A program made the position numbers and the translations under genes. Below, in pieces: positions 10,659-21,900 of a stretch of DNA of 64,000 nt. A model generated the notes under the pieces. That model had not been told where the DNA came from. It saw only the letters and a list, made by a program, of their open reading frames with translations, and did not search any database. Source of the stretch: Rhodothermales bacterium (lineage in GTDB: Bacteria; Bacteroidota; Rhodothermia; Rhodothermales; JANQRZ01); NCBI GenBank assembly GCA_965214485.1, contig CBDCBW010000009.1, positions 82,414 through 146,413 on the forward strand, written 5' to 3'. Positions within the stretch are counted from its first letter, which is position 1. Each line of letters begins with the position of its first letter.

Positions 10659-10889
10659 ATGCTGAAGAACTACCTCGTCGTGGCGCTCCGCAGCCTCCGC
10701 CGCGAGCGCGGTTACGCGGCCCTCAACCTGAGCCGGTGGCTCGACTCGTTCGCCTACCGCGTCGGGCTCGGGCCGGGGCCGTTCCTGACCGCCGGTGCCC
10801 TCCTCTTCGTCCTCGCGCTCGCCACCGTCAGCGCGCAGGCCCTCCGCGCCGCCGTCGCCGACCCGGTGAGGTCTCTTCGCTCCGAATAG
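10659..10889 (+). pseudogene. Internally collapsed FtsX permease paralog (76 codons, in frame)
   Basis: MLKNYLVVALRSLRRERGYAALNL (paralog N-terminus) is joined directly to SRWLDSFAYRVGLGPGPFLTAGALLFVLALATVSAQALRAAVADPVRSLRSE* (paralog C-terminus). About 725 internal codons are missing. Confidence 0.75.
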
Positions 10890-10953
10890 AGGCGTGACGA
10901 TCTTGCGGGGGCTTGACGGGCCGAGCCCGTCCGAGTGCCCCTCCTCCGTCGAA

Positions 10954-10989
10954 GCCAAACGTGGCTGGCCCGCCAAACGTGGCTGGCCC
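10954..10989. repeat. Perfect 18-bp tandem duplication gccaaacgtggctggccc x2
   Basis: Read directly at 10954-10971 and 10972-10989, 44 nt upstream of the ATPase ATG. Confidence 0.9.
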
Positions 10990-11032
10990 GCTCCCTCCAC
11001 TCCGAAATCCGCCCTCCAAACCCCGAAATCGC

Positions 11033-11725
11033 ATGATCGAGCTACGCGGCGTCAGCAAGTTCTACAAACAGGGCCAGCAGAAGGCCTACGTCCTGCGCAG
11101 CGTGGACCTCGCGGTGCGCGAGGGCGAGTTCGTCACCGTGCAGGGGCCGAGCGGCTCGGGCAAGTCCACGCTGATGAACGTCGTCGGGATGCTCGAGGAG
11201 CCGAGCGAGGGGGCGTACCACTTCGAGGGCGAGCCGGTGCACCAGCTCAGCGAGCGGCGGAGGACCGCGCTCCACCGCGAGCACATCGGGTTCGTCTTCC
11301 AGGCCTACCACCTGATCGACGAGCTGACGGTCTACGAAAACCTGGAGACGCCGCTGCTCTACACCAAGACGCCCAAGCCAGAGCGGCAGGCGCGCGTCGC
11401 TGACCTCCTCGACCGCTTCGGGATCGTGGCGAAGGCGGGCCTCTTCCCGCACCAGCTCTCGGGCGGGCAGCAGCAGCTCGTCGGGGTGGCGCGCGCGCTG
11501 ATCATCCGCCCCCGCCTCATCCTCGCCGACGAGCCGACGGGCAACCTCCACAGCGCGCAGGGGCAGGAGGTGATGGAGGCCTTCAAGAGCCTGAACCGGG
11601 ACGACGGCGTGACGGTGATCCAGGTCACCCACGCCGAGCAGTGGGCCGCCTACGGCCACCGCGTCGTCGAGCTCCGCGACGGCCGGATCGAGGCCGACCG
11701 ACCCGCCGCGCACGCCGCAGACTAG
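11033..11725 (+). CDS. ABC transporter ATP-binding protein (MacB/LolD-like)
   Basis: From ATG 11033: MIELRGVSKFYKQG. Walker A GPSGSGKST, signature LSGGQQQLVGVARAL, Walker B LILADEPTGNLH. Confidence 0.92.
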   Translation: MIELRGVSKFYKQGQQKAYVLRSVDLAVREGEFVTVQGPSGSGKSTLMNVVGMLEEPSEGAYHFEGEPVHQLSERRRTALHREHIGFVFQAYHLIDELTVYENLETPLLYTKTPKPERQARVADLLDRFGIVAKAGLFPHQLSGGQQQLVGVARALIIRPRLILADEPTGNLHSAQGQEVMEAFKSLNRDDGVTVIQVTHAEQWAAYGHRVVELRDGRIEADRPAAHAAD

Positions 11726-11807
11726 CGCCGGGCGCGGGGATGGGAAAGGGTTTGACTACGGCATCTGCCTGTTCTGTTGCGCCGGACGGGGCGAACCACC
11801 CCCAACG

Positions 11808-13226
11808 CTACATGCAGACACGGCGCAACCAGCCCCCGGTCCAGGCGGTGACGCCGAGGGCTAGCCGCCGAACCACACGCGGTAGACCCGCCCGTTCATC
11901 TCCTCGGTGAAGAGCAGGCTCCCGTCCGGGGAGGACGAGCAGGCCGACGGGCCGCCCCCACGTCGTCGGCCCGCTCGGGTCGGTGAGGAAGCCGGTGAGG
12001 AAGTCCTCGTAGGCCCCGGTGGGCCGCCCGTCGGCGAAGGGGACGAAGACGAGCTTGTAGCCCGTGCCCCGGCTCCGATTCCACGACCCCCGGAACGCGA
12101 CGAACGCCCCGCCCCGGTAGCGCTCGGGGAACCGCGAAGCGCTCGGCGAAGCCGACGCGGCGTCGTCGTAAAACTGCAGGCCGAGCGCGGCGGAATGCGC
12201 CTCGAAGAGCACGTCCGGCGCGAGCGTCTGCGCGGCGAGATCGGGGCGTTCGCTTCGTCCGTCCTCGCTCAGGCGCGGGTCGAGGAGGTCGGGCGTGAAA
12301 TAGGCGTAGGGCCAGCCGTAAAACTGCCCCTCGTCGATCCGGGTGACGTAGTCCGGCACCAGGCCGTCGCCCAGGCCGTCGCGCTCGTTGACGGTCGTGT
12401 AGAGCGCGCCGGACTCGGGGTGGAAGGCCAGGCCGACGGGGTTGCGGAGGCCGTGCGCGAACGTGATCTGCCCCGAGCCGTCGAGGTTCATGCGCTGGAC
12501 CGAGGCGCGCGGCAGCGGCTCCGGGTCGGCGTTCGAGCGCGAGCCGACGGAGACGTAGAGGTGGTGCCCGTCCGGGCTGACGACGACGTTGCGGGTCCAG
12601 TGCTGGTTGTAGCCCCCGCCGGGAAGCTCAGTAAGGCGCTCGCCGGTGCCGCCGAGCGGGCCGCCGGTGTAGCGATAGCGCCGGACCTCGTCGGTGTTGC
12701 CGAGGAAGAAGGCGGGGCCGGCCTCGGTCTCGGCGAAGGCCATCCCGAACGGGATGTCGAGGCCGTTGCCCGCGTCGGCGAAGGTGGTGCGCCGGTCGGC
12801 GGCCCCGTCGCCGTCGGTGTCTCGGAGGCGGCGGATGCGGTTCTGCCGGGTCTCGGTGACGAGCACGTCGCCCTCGGGCGTGAGCGCGAGCCAGCGCGGG
12901 CGGTCGAGGCCGTCGGCCCACACGTTCACGCGGAAGCCCTCGGGCGCGAAGAGCACCGGGTCGGCGGGCACGTCCACGACGTTCGGGCTCTTGCGCGCCG
13001 ACTCGGTGGCGTACGGCTTGGGCAGATCGCCGAGCGTGATGCGGTAGGTCTGCGGCGCGAGCGGCCGGGTGCGGATTTCGCCCGGCACCTCCGGCGCTGC
13101 CGACGTCTCCGGCGCTGCCGAAGCCTCCGCGGTTCCGACCGCGGCGGTGGAGGCGTCGCCGGACGGCGACGGGTCCGAGGCGCAGGCCGCGAGGGCGAGC
13201 ACGAGAAGGAGGGGAAGGCAGCGCAT
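11808..13226 (-). CDS. PQQ-dependent sugar (glucose/sorbosone) dehydrogenase family lipoprotein, apparent frameshift near the 3' end
   Basis: Signal peptide with lipobox LALAAC. Family-typical stretches include GLDRPRWLALTPEGDVLVTE, HWTRNVVVSPDG, FAHGLRNPVGLAFHP and GQFYGWPYAY. The last ~40 aa of the listed ORF are unfamiliar, while the expected C-terminus is in another frame ending at 11861. Confidence 0.8.
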   Translation of the reverse strand: MRCLPLLLVLALAACASDPSPSGDASTAAVGTAEASAAPETSAAPEVPGEIRTRPLAPQTYRITLGDLPKPYATESARKSPNVVDVPADPVLFAPEGFRVNVWADGLDRPRWLALTPEGDVLVTETRQNRIRRLRDTDGDGAADRRTTFADAGNGLDIPFGMAFAETEAGPAFFLGNTDEVRRYRYTGGPLGGTGERLTELPGGGYNQHWTRNVVVSPDGHHLYVSVGSRSNADPEPLPRASVQRMNLDGSGQITFAHGLRNPVGLAFHPESGALYTTVNERDGLGDGLVPDYVTRIDEGQFYGWPYAYFTPDLLDPRLSEDGRSERPDLAAQTLAPDVLFEAHSAALGLQFYDDAASASPSASRFPERYRGGAFVAFRGSWNRSRGTGYKLVFVPFADGRPTGAYEDFLTGFLTDPSGPTTWGRPVGLLVLPGREPALHRGDERAGLPRVVRRLALGVTAWTGGWLRRVCM

Positions 13227-13280
13227 GGCGGGAAGGCGGTTGGGCGGGGTGCCCCGGGGATACGCCCCCCTCGCGGCAGG

Positions 13281-13399
13281 GTTTACAAACGGAGGAACGG
13301 AAGAGCGGAGAACGGAAGGTTTCAGGAGTCCCCGCCGAGCCTATCTTTCTTGCTTCCGCTCGCCCCCGCTTCTGCCCGTCCCCGCTTCCGCTCCTGAAC
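13281..13399 (+). repeat. Intergenic purine-arm / CCCGCTTCCGCT-box hairpin element abutting a start codon
   Basis: Purine-rich arm 13291-13319 (contains cggaagagcgg). Pyrimidine-rich arm 13345-13395 (contains cccgcttccgct at 13381-13392), followed directly by ATG 13400. Homologous to 54586-54694. Confidence 0.6.
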
Positions 13400-13693
13400 A
13401 TGGCCTATTCCAACACGCCGCAGCCGCTCGGGGCCGTGCTCCGCGAGCTGATCGACAAGGCGGGCTACCGCGAGCGGATCGACGCGGTGCGGGCCGTCGA
13501 GGCGTGGGCGGCGCTCGCCGGGCCGCAGATCAACGGGGTGACCGAGCGAGCGTGGGTGAAGGACGGCGTCCTGTTCATCAAGGTCCGCTCGGCACCGTGG
13601 CGGCACCAGCTCCACCTCCAGCGCCGCCCGTGGCAGGACCGCCTCAACGCCGAGCTCGGCACCACCGTCATCCGCGAGATCGTGTTCCGCTGA
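13400..13693 (+). CDS. DUF721 (DciA-like) domain protein, 97 aa
   Basis: Size and sequence style match the family: ...LGAVLRELIDKAGYRERIDAVRAVEAWAALAGPQI...GVLFIKVRSAPWRHQLHLQR... Confidence 0.7.
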   Translation: MAYSNTPQPLGAVLRELIDKAGYRERIDAVRAVEAWAALAGPQINGVTERAWVKDGVLFIKVRSAPWRHQLHLQRRPWQDRLNAELGTTVIREIVFR

Positions 13694-13704
13694 CCGGGCC
13701 GGGT

Positions 13705-16545
<2,841 letters not shown>

Positions 16546-16569
16546 GGTACCGGGGGGGAGGCCGCCGGC

Positions 16570-17142
16570 TCAGGCGACGTTCTCCTCGCTGATCATCTGG
16601 TAGAGGAAGGCGCGGGCCTTGCGCCAGTCGCGCTTGACGGTCCGCTCCGAGCGGCCGAGCACCTGGGCCGTCTCCTCGATGGAGAGCCCCCCGAAGAAGC
16701 GCAGCTCGACGGTGCGGGCGAGGCGCTCGTCGGCGGCGGCGAGGTGGACGAGCGCCTCGTCGAGGGCGAGGATCTCCTCGGCCTTGTCCTCGACCGCGAC
16801 GCGCTCCTCGTCGAGGAGCGTCGGCTGGGCGTTGCCGCCGCGCTTGAGCGCCCGGCGGTGGCGGGCGTAGTCCACGATGATGTGCCGCATCGCGGTGGCG
16901 GCCACGGCGAAGAAGTGCTGCCGGTCCTGCCACTGCCCCTCGGACTGGCCGACGAGCTTGATGTAGGCCTCGTGGACGAGCGCGGTCGAGTTGAGCGTCT
17001 GCCCGGGGCGGCGGTGGGCGAGCTGGCGGTGGGCGAGCGCGTGCAGCTCCTGGTAGACGAGCGGGAACAGGTCGTCGATCGCGCCGCGGTCTCCGTTGCG
17101 CAGCGTCTCGAGAATCCGGGTGATTTCGCCCTGGGCGTCCAT
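16570..17142 (-). CDS. ECF sigma factor of the kinase-associated type (TIGR02999/ECF43-like)
   Basis: From ATG 17142: MDAQGEITRILETLRNGDRGAIDDLFPLVYQELHALAHRQL...ALVHEAYIKLV...RHFFAVAATAMRHIIVDYARHRRALKRGG. Region 4 reads GLSIEETAQVLGRSERTVKRDW. Stop lies 24 nt before the kinase ATG. Confidence 0.88.
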   Translation of the reverse strand: MDAQGEITRILETLRNGDRGAIDDLFPLVYQELHALAHRQLAHRRPGQTLNSTALVHEAYIKLVGQSEGQWQDRQHFFAVAATAMRHIIVDYARHRRALKRGGNAQPTLLDEERVAVEDKAEEILALDEALVHLAAADERLARTVELRFFGGLSIEETAQVLGRSERTVKRDWRKARAFLYQMISEENVA

Positions 17143-17448
17143 GCCGTCTCGCGGTTCAGTCTCTGCCTTCACTGGGGGGCCTTCGCTGAGGCGTGCGTGC
17201 CTCAAGGTACAGCCAACGAGACCTGCACGTTACGGCACGCCGGGGCGGAACACAAGAGCAGGAAGCATTAAGGCTTCGCGTCGTCACCCTGCGGCGTCTT
17301 TATCCGGCGAGGCTCTTGTTTATCCGACGAGTCTCCTGCCCGGACGGAGCCTCGCCCGCCTCGCCAGGAGCGTGCGGTGGCAGACAGGCGCGCCGTGCGG
17401 GGGACGACCGCGTGGAAAAGGAAGTGCGCGGTCGCGCCGCGGCCGGTG

Positions 17449-18057
17449 CTATTCGTCCAGCCGTTGCAGGTCCAGGTAAGCGCCCTCGGTTCGGAGCGTG
17501 AGCGTGAGCGCCTCGTCCGTCCGGTTGTGCCAGAACCATCCGTGCCGGCCGTCGAAGGCCGCCGTGAGGGCACCCTCGTCGGACCACGCGCCCGCCCCCT
17601 GCTCATAGCTGTGGTACGACCCGCGCGGCGCGTCCGCCCGGTCGCCGTGCAGGTCGTAGCCGACGACGCCGCGGTCGGTCGCCCACGAGTAGCTCACGCG
17701 CGCGCCCTCGCGCATCGCGAGCTTGACCTCCGTGCTCTCGCCCGGGCCGAGCGTGAGGCGGGTGACGTGCGCGGCCGGGTCGCTCGTCCCGCCGGCGAGC
17801 GCCTCGGTCGCGGCGGCCACGGAGGCGGCCTCGGCCGCTTCGGCAGCGGCGGCTTCGCGCACGAGTGCGGTCTTGATCTCGCCCATCCGGGTCAGCCCGA
17901 GCACGCGGCCGACGCCGGTCGGGTCGATGCCGTACTCGGCCGGGAGCACGACCGTGACGAGCAGGAGCGCGGCCACGGCTAGGGCGGCGGCCGTCGAGCG
18001 GAGGAGCGCGCGCGCGGAGGGGAGCTCGTCGGAGGGCGGGGGCGTCGCGTTGTGCAT
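17449..18057 (-). CDS. Single-pass membrane-anchored protein of unknown function
   Basis: N-terminal TM (AAALAVAALLLVTVVLPA), an Ala/Glu linker and a C-terminal ~110-aa domain predicted beta-rich by eye. Start lies 4 nt after the HupE stop. Confidence 0.65.
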   Translation of the reverse strand: MHNATPPPSDELPSARALLRSTAAALAVAALLLVTVVLPAEYGIDPTGVGRVLGLTRMGEIKTALVREAAAAEAAEAASVAAATEALAGGTSDPAAHVTRLTLGPGESTEVKLAMREGARVSYSWATDRGVVGYDLHGDRADAPRGSYHSYEQGAGAWSDEGALTAAFDGRHGWFWHNRTDEALTLTLRTEGAYLDLQRLDE

Positions 18058-18061
18058 GGCG

Positions 18062-18793
18062 TTATCCGGGGAGGGCGAAGAAGCCGGCGAGTTGATAGCC
18101 CATCAGCACGAAGCCGGCCGTCATGATCGCGACGTTCGCGGCGTAGGCGTGGCGCGCGAAGCTGCCCGTGCGCCGCCACGCACCGATGGCGACGAGCATC
18201 CCGCCGAGCGCGAGCACCTGCCCCACCTCGACCCCGACGTTGAAGGCGAGCAGGTTCGGGACGAGGCCGGCCGGGTCGATCTCGAAGTCGAGGATCTTCG
18301 TCGCCAGCCCGAAGCCGTGGACCAGCCCGAAGCCGAGCACGGCCGCCCGCGTGCTCGGCTGCACCCCGAGCCACCGCCGGAACGCGCCGAGGTTGTCGAG
18401 CGCCTTGTACACGACCGAGAGGCCGATCACGGCGTCGATCAGGTAGGCGCTCACGCTCACCCCCGTCAGCACGCCCGCGATCATCGTCGCCGAGTGGCCG
18501 ACGGCGAAGAGCGTGACGTAGAGGCCGACGTCGCGGAGCCGGTAAAGGAAGAAGATGACGCCGAGCAGGAAGAGGAGGTGGTCGATCCCGGTCACCATGT
18601 GCTTCGCGCCGAGGTAGGCGAAGGGGACGAGGCGGACGCCGGAGGTCGCCTGCACGTAGCCCGCGTCGCCCTCGGCCACGCCGTGCGCGAAGGCATCGGT
18701 CGGCGCGAGGGCGAACACGAGGGCGACGGCGGCGAGCAGCCACCCTGCGCTCCGGCTCCACTTCGCGCTGCGAAACGTGGTTCGTGCGGTCAT
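18062..18793 (-). CDS. HupE/UreJ family membrane protein (HupE_UreJ_2-like)
   Basis: Signal peptide ending ...TDAFA followed by HG. HMVTGIDHLLFLLGVIFF motif, 6 hydrophobic segments, GHSATMIAG. Confidence 0.8.
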   Translation of the reverse strand: MTARTTFRSAKWSRSAGWLLAAVALVFALAPTDAFAHGVAEGDAGYVQATSGVRLVPFAYLGAKHMVTGIDHLLFLLGVIFFLYRLRDVGLYVTLFAVGHSATMIAGVLTGVSVSAYLIDAVIGLSVVYKALDNLGAFRRWLGVQPSTRAAVLGFGLVHGFGLATKILDFEIDPAGLVPNLLAFNVGVEVGQVLALGGMLVAIGAWRRTGSFARHAYAANVAIMTAGFVLMGYQLAGFFALPG

Positions 18794-18811
18794 CGGGATT
18801 CCCGCCTCGGG

Positions 18812-19447
18812 TCAGTCGCAGGACTCGGTGACGCCGGCCTCGCAGAAGACGGGCCACCACGGGTCGAAGGCCGCCGAGTCCACGGGCGCGTCGCTCATCG
18901 CCAGAAGCTCGTCGGCGTCGGTGCCGTAGCGGAGGTGCATGTGGGCGGGGTCGCCGTGGGGCGAGCGCGAGATCACGGCGGCGTAGTCCTCGCACGCGCC
19001 GTCATACGCCTCAGTCCGCTCGAAGACGTCCCAGATCGAGGTCTTCGACTCGGCGGGGAAGTAGTGCGGGTCCGGGCGGCTCCCGACGAATTGATAGCCG
19101 CAGTCGGCGACGAGTTGGTCGGGGTCGTCGTGTGCGTAGAACGCCATCCGCGTCCCGCTCCCGGCCTCGCTAGAGGTGGCGAGGCGGATGCGGCTCGGGT
19201 TGCGCGGATCGTCGCGCGTGGCCGCGAGCTCGGGGTCCATTTCGAAGTCGCCGTCCATCTTCAGGTAGGTGAAGGCGGGGCCGTCGGCGTGGGTATGGCC
19301 GGGGCCGCCGTGGTCGGCCGCCGCAGCGCCGGTGTCGTGGGTGTGGGTGTCGGGTCCGTGCGCGTGGTCGTCGGCGGCGCTCTGGCAGCCCGCGCCGACG
19401 AGGCCGAGGGTGAGCAGAAGGGCGAAGATCGGGGGTCGGAGGTTCAT
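18812..19447 (-). CDS. Histidine-cluster lipoprotein, function unknown
   Basis: From ATG 19447: MNLRPPIFALLLTLGLVGAGC (lipobox). The mature N-terminus is DDHAHGPDTHTHDTGAAAADHGGPGHTHADG. There are four further Cys residues. Confidence 0.7.
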   Translation of the reverse strand: MNLRPPIFALLLTLGLVGAGCQSAADDHAHGPDTHTHDTGAAAADHGGPGHTHADGPAFTYLKMDGDFEMDPELAATRDDPRNPSRIRLATSSEAGSGTRMAFYAHDDPDQLVADCGYQFVGSRPDPHYFPAESKTSIWDVFERTEAYDGACEDYAAVISRSPHGDPAHMHLRYGTDADELLAMSDAPVDSAAFDPWWPVFCEAGVTESCD

Positions 19448-19629
19448 GGTGATAGAGGTTTTAAGAAAGTAGGACTCGGTTTGACGCGCCGGGCTTTCGC
19501 GCGCCGCGTAGCCCCCCGTCCGACTGCCCATCACTTCGCTCAAGGGCGGTCGGACTGTCCCCCTTTCGAAGGGGGGCAGCCCCGCGTAGCTGCGCAGCGC
19601 GAACGGGGCGGGGGGTTCTATGCAAGGCA

Positions 19630-21900
19630 TCAGAGGCCGACGGAGACGCCGGCGGTGAGGCGGCGCGGCGGGGCCGGGGCGTAGTTGAGCGTGCCGAACC
19701 CGGCGAAGACGGCCTCGGCGTAGCGCGCGTCGAGCGCGTTCTCGACCTCGACGAAGACGCGCCCGCGCTGCGCGAGCCGCCCCCCGAGGTCGTAGAACAG
19801 CGTGAGGTCGGCCACGGTGTAGCCGTCGTACTGCACCGAGTTGTCGGCTTCGAGCTGGTACGGCCCGATGTGGTGGACGTGGACGCGCCCGCCGAGCCCC
19901 ATCGGCGAGGCGTAGCCGAGCGAGGCGGTGAGCGTCCGCGCCGGGACGCCCGTCAGCGCGCGGCCCGCGAGCGCCGCGTCGGGGTTGTCGAGGATCTCGG
20001 TCTCGAGCAGCCCGAGCGCGAGGCGCGCGTCGAGGCCGGGCAGCGGGGTCGCCGACGCCTCAGCCTCGATGCCGCGCCGCCGCGTCTGCCCCGCGTTGCG
20101 GAACGTGCCCGACCCCGGCGGGTCCTCGACGATTTCCCGCGACGTGTCGAGCACGTAGCCCACGAGGTCGAGCCGGGCGAGGCCGGCGTCGTAGCTCGCG
20201 CCAAGCTCGTACTGCCAGATCTCGGCGGGGTCCACGTCGAGCGTCGCGTCGTACTTGTCGGCCCCGTTCGGGAGGATGTAGCCGTTCGTCGCACTCGCCC
20301 GCAGGTCGAGGCCCGGCGCGACCGTCGAGCGGAGGCCGAGCTTGGGGCTGAGGTGGCGGTAGTCGTTGAGGTCGCTCTGCACCGGCTCCTGGCCGGGGTC
20401 GTTGCTCTCGAAGCTGCCGAAGAACGCGTCGAAGCGGAGCCCGAGCGTCGGGCGGAAGTACGGGCTCGGCGAGAGCTCGGCTTGCACGAAGGCGGCGGCG
20501 TTCTGCACCGTGAAGTCGCGGTCCTGGGTTTGGTCGATGCGGACGCGGTTCGAGGTCGCCCACCGCCGCCGCTCGGTGCGCTCGGAGTAGACCTCGGCCC
20601 CGACGACGTAGGTGGCCTCGACCGACGCGACCGCGCTCCGGCCGTTGAGGCTCGTGCCCGCGCCGTAGACCGTGCGCTGGTTGAAGCGCTCGCTCTGGCC
20701 GCCGGCCTCGTAGCCGAACTTGGCGAAGCGCGTGAAGTCCTGCTGCACGGCGTAGCCGTAGGTAACGAGCCGGAGGTGGTCGCTGAAGCTGTGGTTCACG
20801 CCGAGCCGCTCGGCGTAGAACGTCTTGGCCCCGCCGTCGTCCTCGGCGTTCGGCCCCTGGAGGGCGCGGCGGTCGTCGCTGAGGAACTGCTCCTGGGGGA
20901 TGTAGCCCGGCCCGTTCCACTCGCCGCTGTGGGCGCGGAGGGCGAGGTTCACGTCGGTCCGGTCGGAGAGCGCGACGCCGAAGCGGCCGGCGAGGGTGCC
21001 TTTGAGGTAGCGCGAGTTGGCGGCGTAGCCGTCCGTCGTGAAGAACTGGAAGGCGAGGTTGCTCTGGAGCGGGCGGAGGCCGCCGCCGAGGTCGAGCCGC
21101 TCGCCGAAGGCGAGCTGGGCGTCGAGCGTCTCGTAGGCCCCGCCGCTGACGCTGAGGTCGCGGTACGCGCCGCCCTTGCGCGTGTCGAGCGCGACGGTGC
21201 CGCCGCGCGCGAAGTTGCCGTAGAGCGCCGACGACGGGCCTTTGTAGACGGCGATGCGCTGGAGCTCGAGCGGGACGAGCACGTTGAGGTCGGCGTAGCC
21301 GTCGGCGTGCCCGTCGGCCTCGTTGAGCGGGATGCCGTCGACCTGCACGGCGACGTCGCCGCCGTGGCCGCCCTCGCCGAAGCCGCGGATCGAGAACACG
21401 TCGGCCACGCCGCCCTGCCGGTACGCGCCGAGGTCCACGCCGGGCACCTCCTCGACGAGCCGGAGCGGGTTGTCTACGGCCGCCGCGCGGATGGTTTCGA
21501 GCCCGACGACGTGCGCCGTGGCGGCGGCGTTGCGGGGCCGGAACGCCTCGCCCTTGACGGTGATCTCGTCGAGCGCGACGCCGCCCTCTTCGAGCCGGAA
21601 ATCGACAACCTCGACCGCGCCGGCGGTGACGACGACCGTGCGCGCCACCCGCTCGTACCCGAGCAGGCTGGCCTCGACCCGGACGGTCCCGGGCGTGACG
21701 GTCCCGATGCGGTAGCGCCCGTCGGCGTCGGTGCTCGCGCCGGAGGCGGTCCCGACGAGCACGACGTTGGCACCGACGAGGGCCTCGCCGCTCGCCGCGT
21801 CGCGGACGGTGCCTTCGATGGTTCCGGTGGATTGGGCGTGGGCCGGGGGCGCGGTGCCCGTGAGCAGGGCGCACAAAATGAGTAGTACGGTGGTCTTCAT
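19630..21900 (-). CDS. TonB-dependent receptor with N-terminal carboxypeptidase-regulatory-like domain
   Basis: From ATG 21900 (alternative 21915): signal peptide MKTTVLLILCALLTGTAPPAHAQ, then GTIEGTVRDAASGEALVGANVVL...DADGRYRI, a plug region and a long beta-barrel with alternating pattern. Confidence 0.9.
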   Translation of the reverse strand: MKTTVLLILCALLTGTAPPAHAQSTGTIEGTVRDAASGEALVGANVVLVGTASGASTDADGRYRIGTVTPGTVRVEASLLGYERVARTVVVTAGAVEVVDFRLEEGGVALDEITVKGEAFRPRNAAATAHVVGLETIRAAAVDNPLRLVEEVPGVDLGAYRQGGVADVFSIRGFGEGGHGGDVAVQVDGIPLNEADGHADGYADLNVLVPLELQRIAVYKGPSSALYGNFARGGTVALDTRKGGAYRDLSVSGGAYETLDAQLAFGERLDLGGGLRPLQSNLAFQFFTTDGYAANSRYLKGTLAGRFGVALSDRTDVNLALRAHSGEWNGPGYIPQEQFLSDDRRALQGPNAEDDGGAKTFYAERLGVNHSFSDHLRLVTYGYAVQQDFTRFAKFGYEAGGQSERFNQRTVYGAGTSLNGRSAVASVEATYVVGAEVYSERTERRRWATSNRVRIDQTQDRDFTVQNAAAFVQAELSPSPYFRPTLGLRFDAFFGSFESNDPGQEPVQSDLNDYRHLSPKLGLRSTVAPGLDLRASATNGYILPNGADKYDATLDVDPAEIWQYELGASYDAGLARLDLVGYVLDTSREIVEDPPGSGTFRNAGQTRRRGIEAEASATPLPGLDARLALGLLETEILDNPDAALAGRALTGVPARTLTASLGYASPMGLGGRVHVHHIGPYQLEADNSVQYDGYTVADLTLFYDLGGRLAQRGRVFVEVENALDARYAEAVFAGFGTLNYAPAPPRRLTAGVSVGL

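Noticed and set aside
4947-11000. 2017-aa minus-strand ORF, and similar giants at 3056..6979 +, 8117..10897 +, 13069..17271 +, 2193..4940 -, 42740..45199 - and 54182..56416 -
   Set aside because: They are Arg/Ala/Gly/Pro-rich low-complexity translations lying antisense or out of frame to genes with clear family signatures. This is typical of stop-codon-poor frames in ~70% GC DNA.
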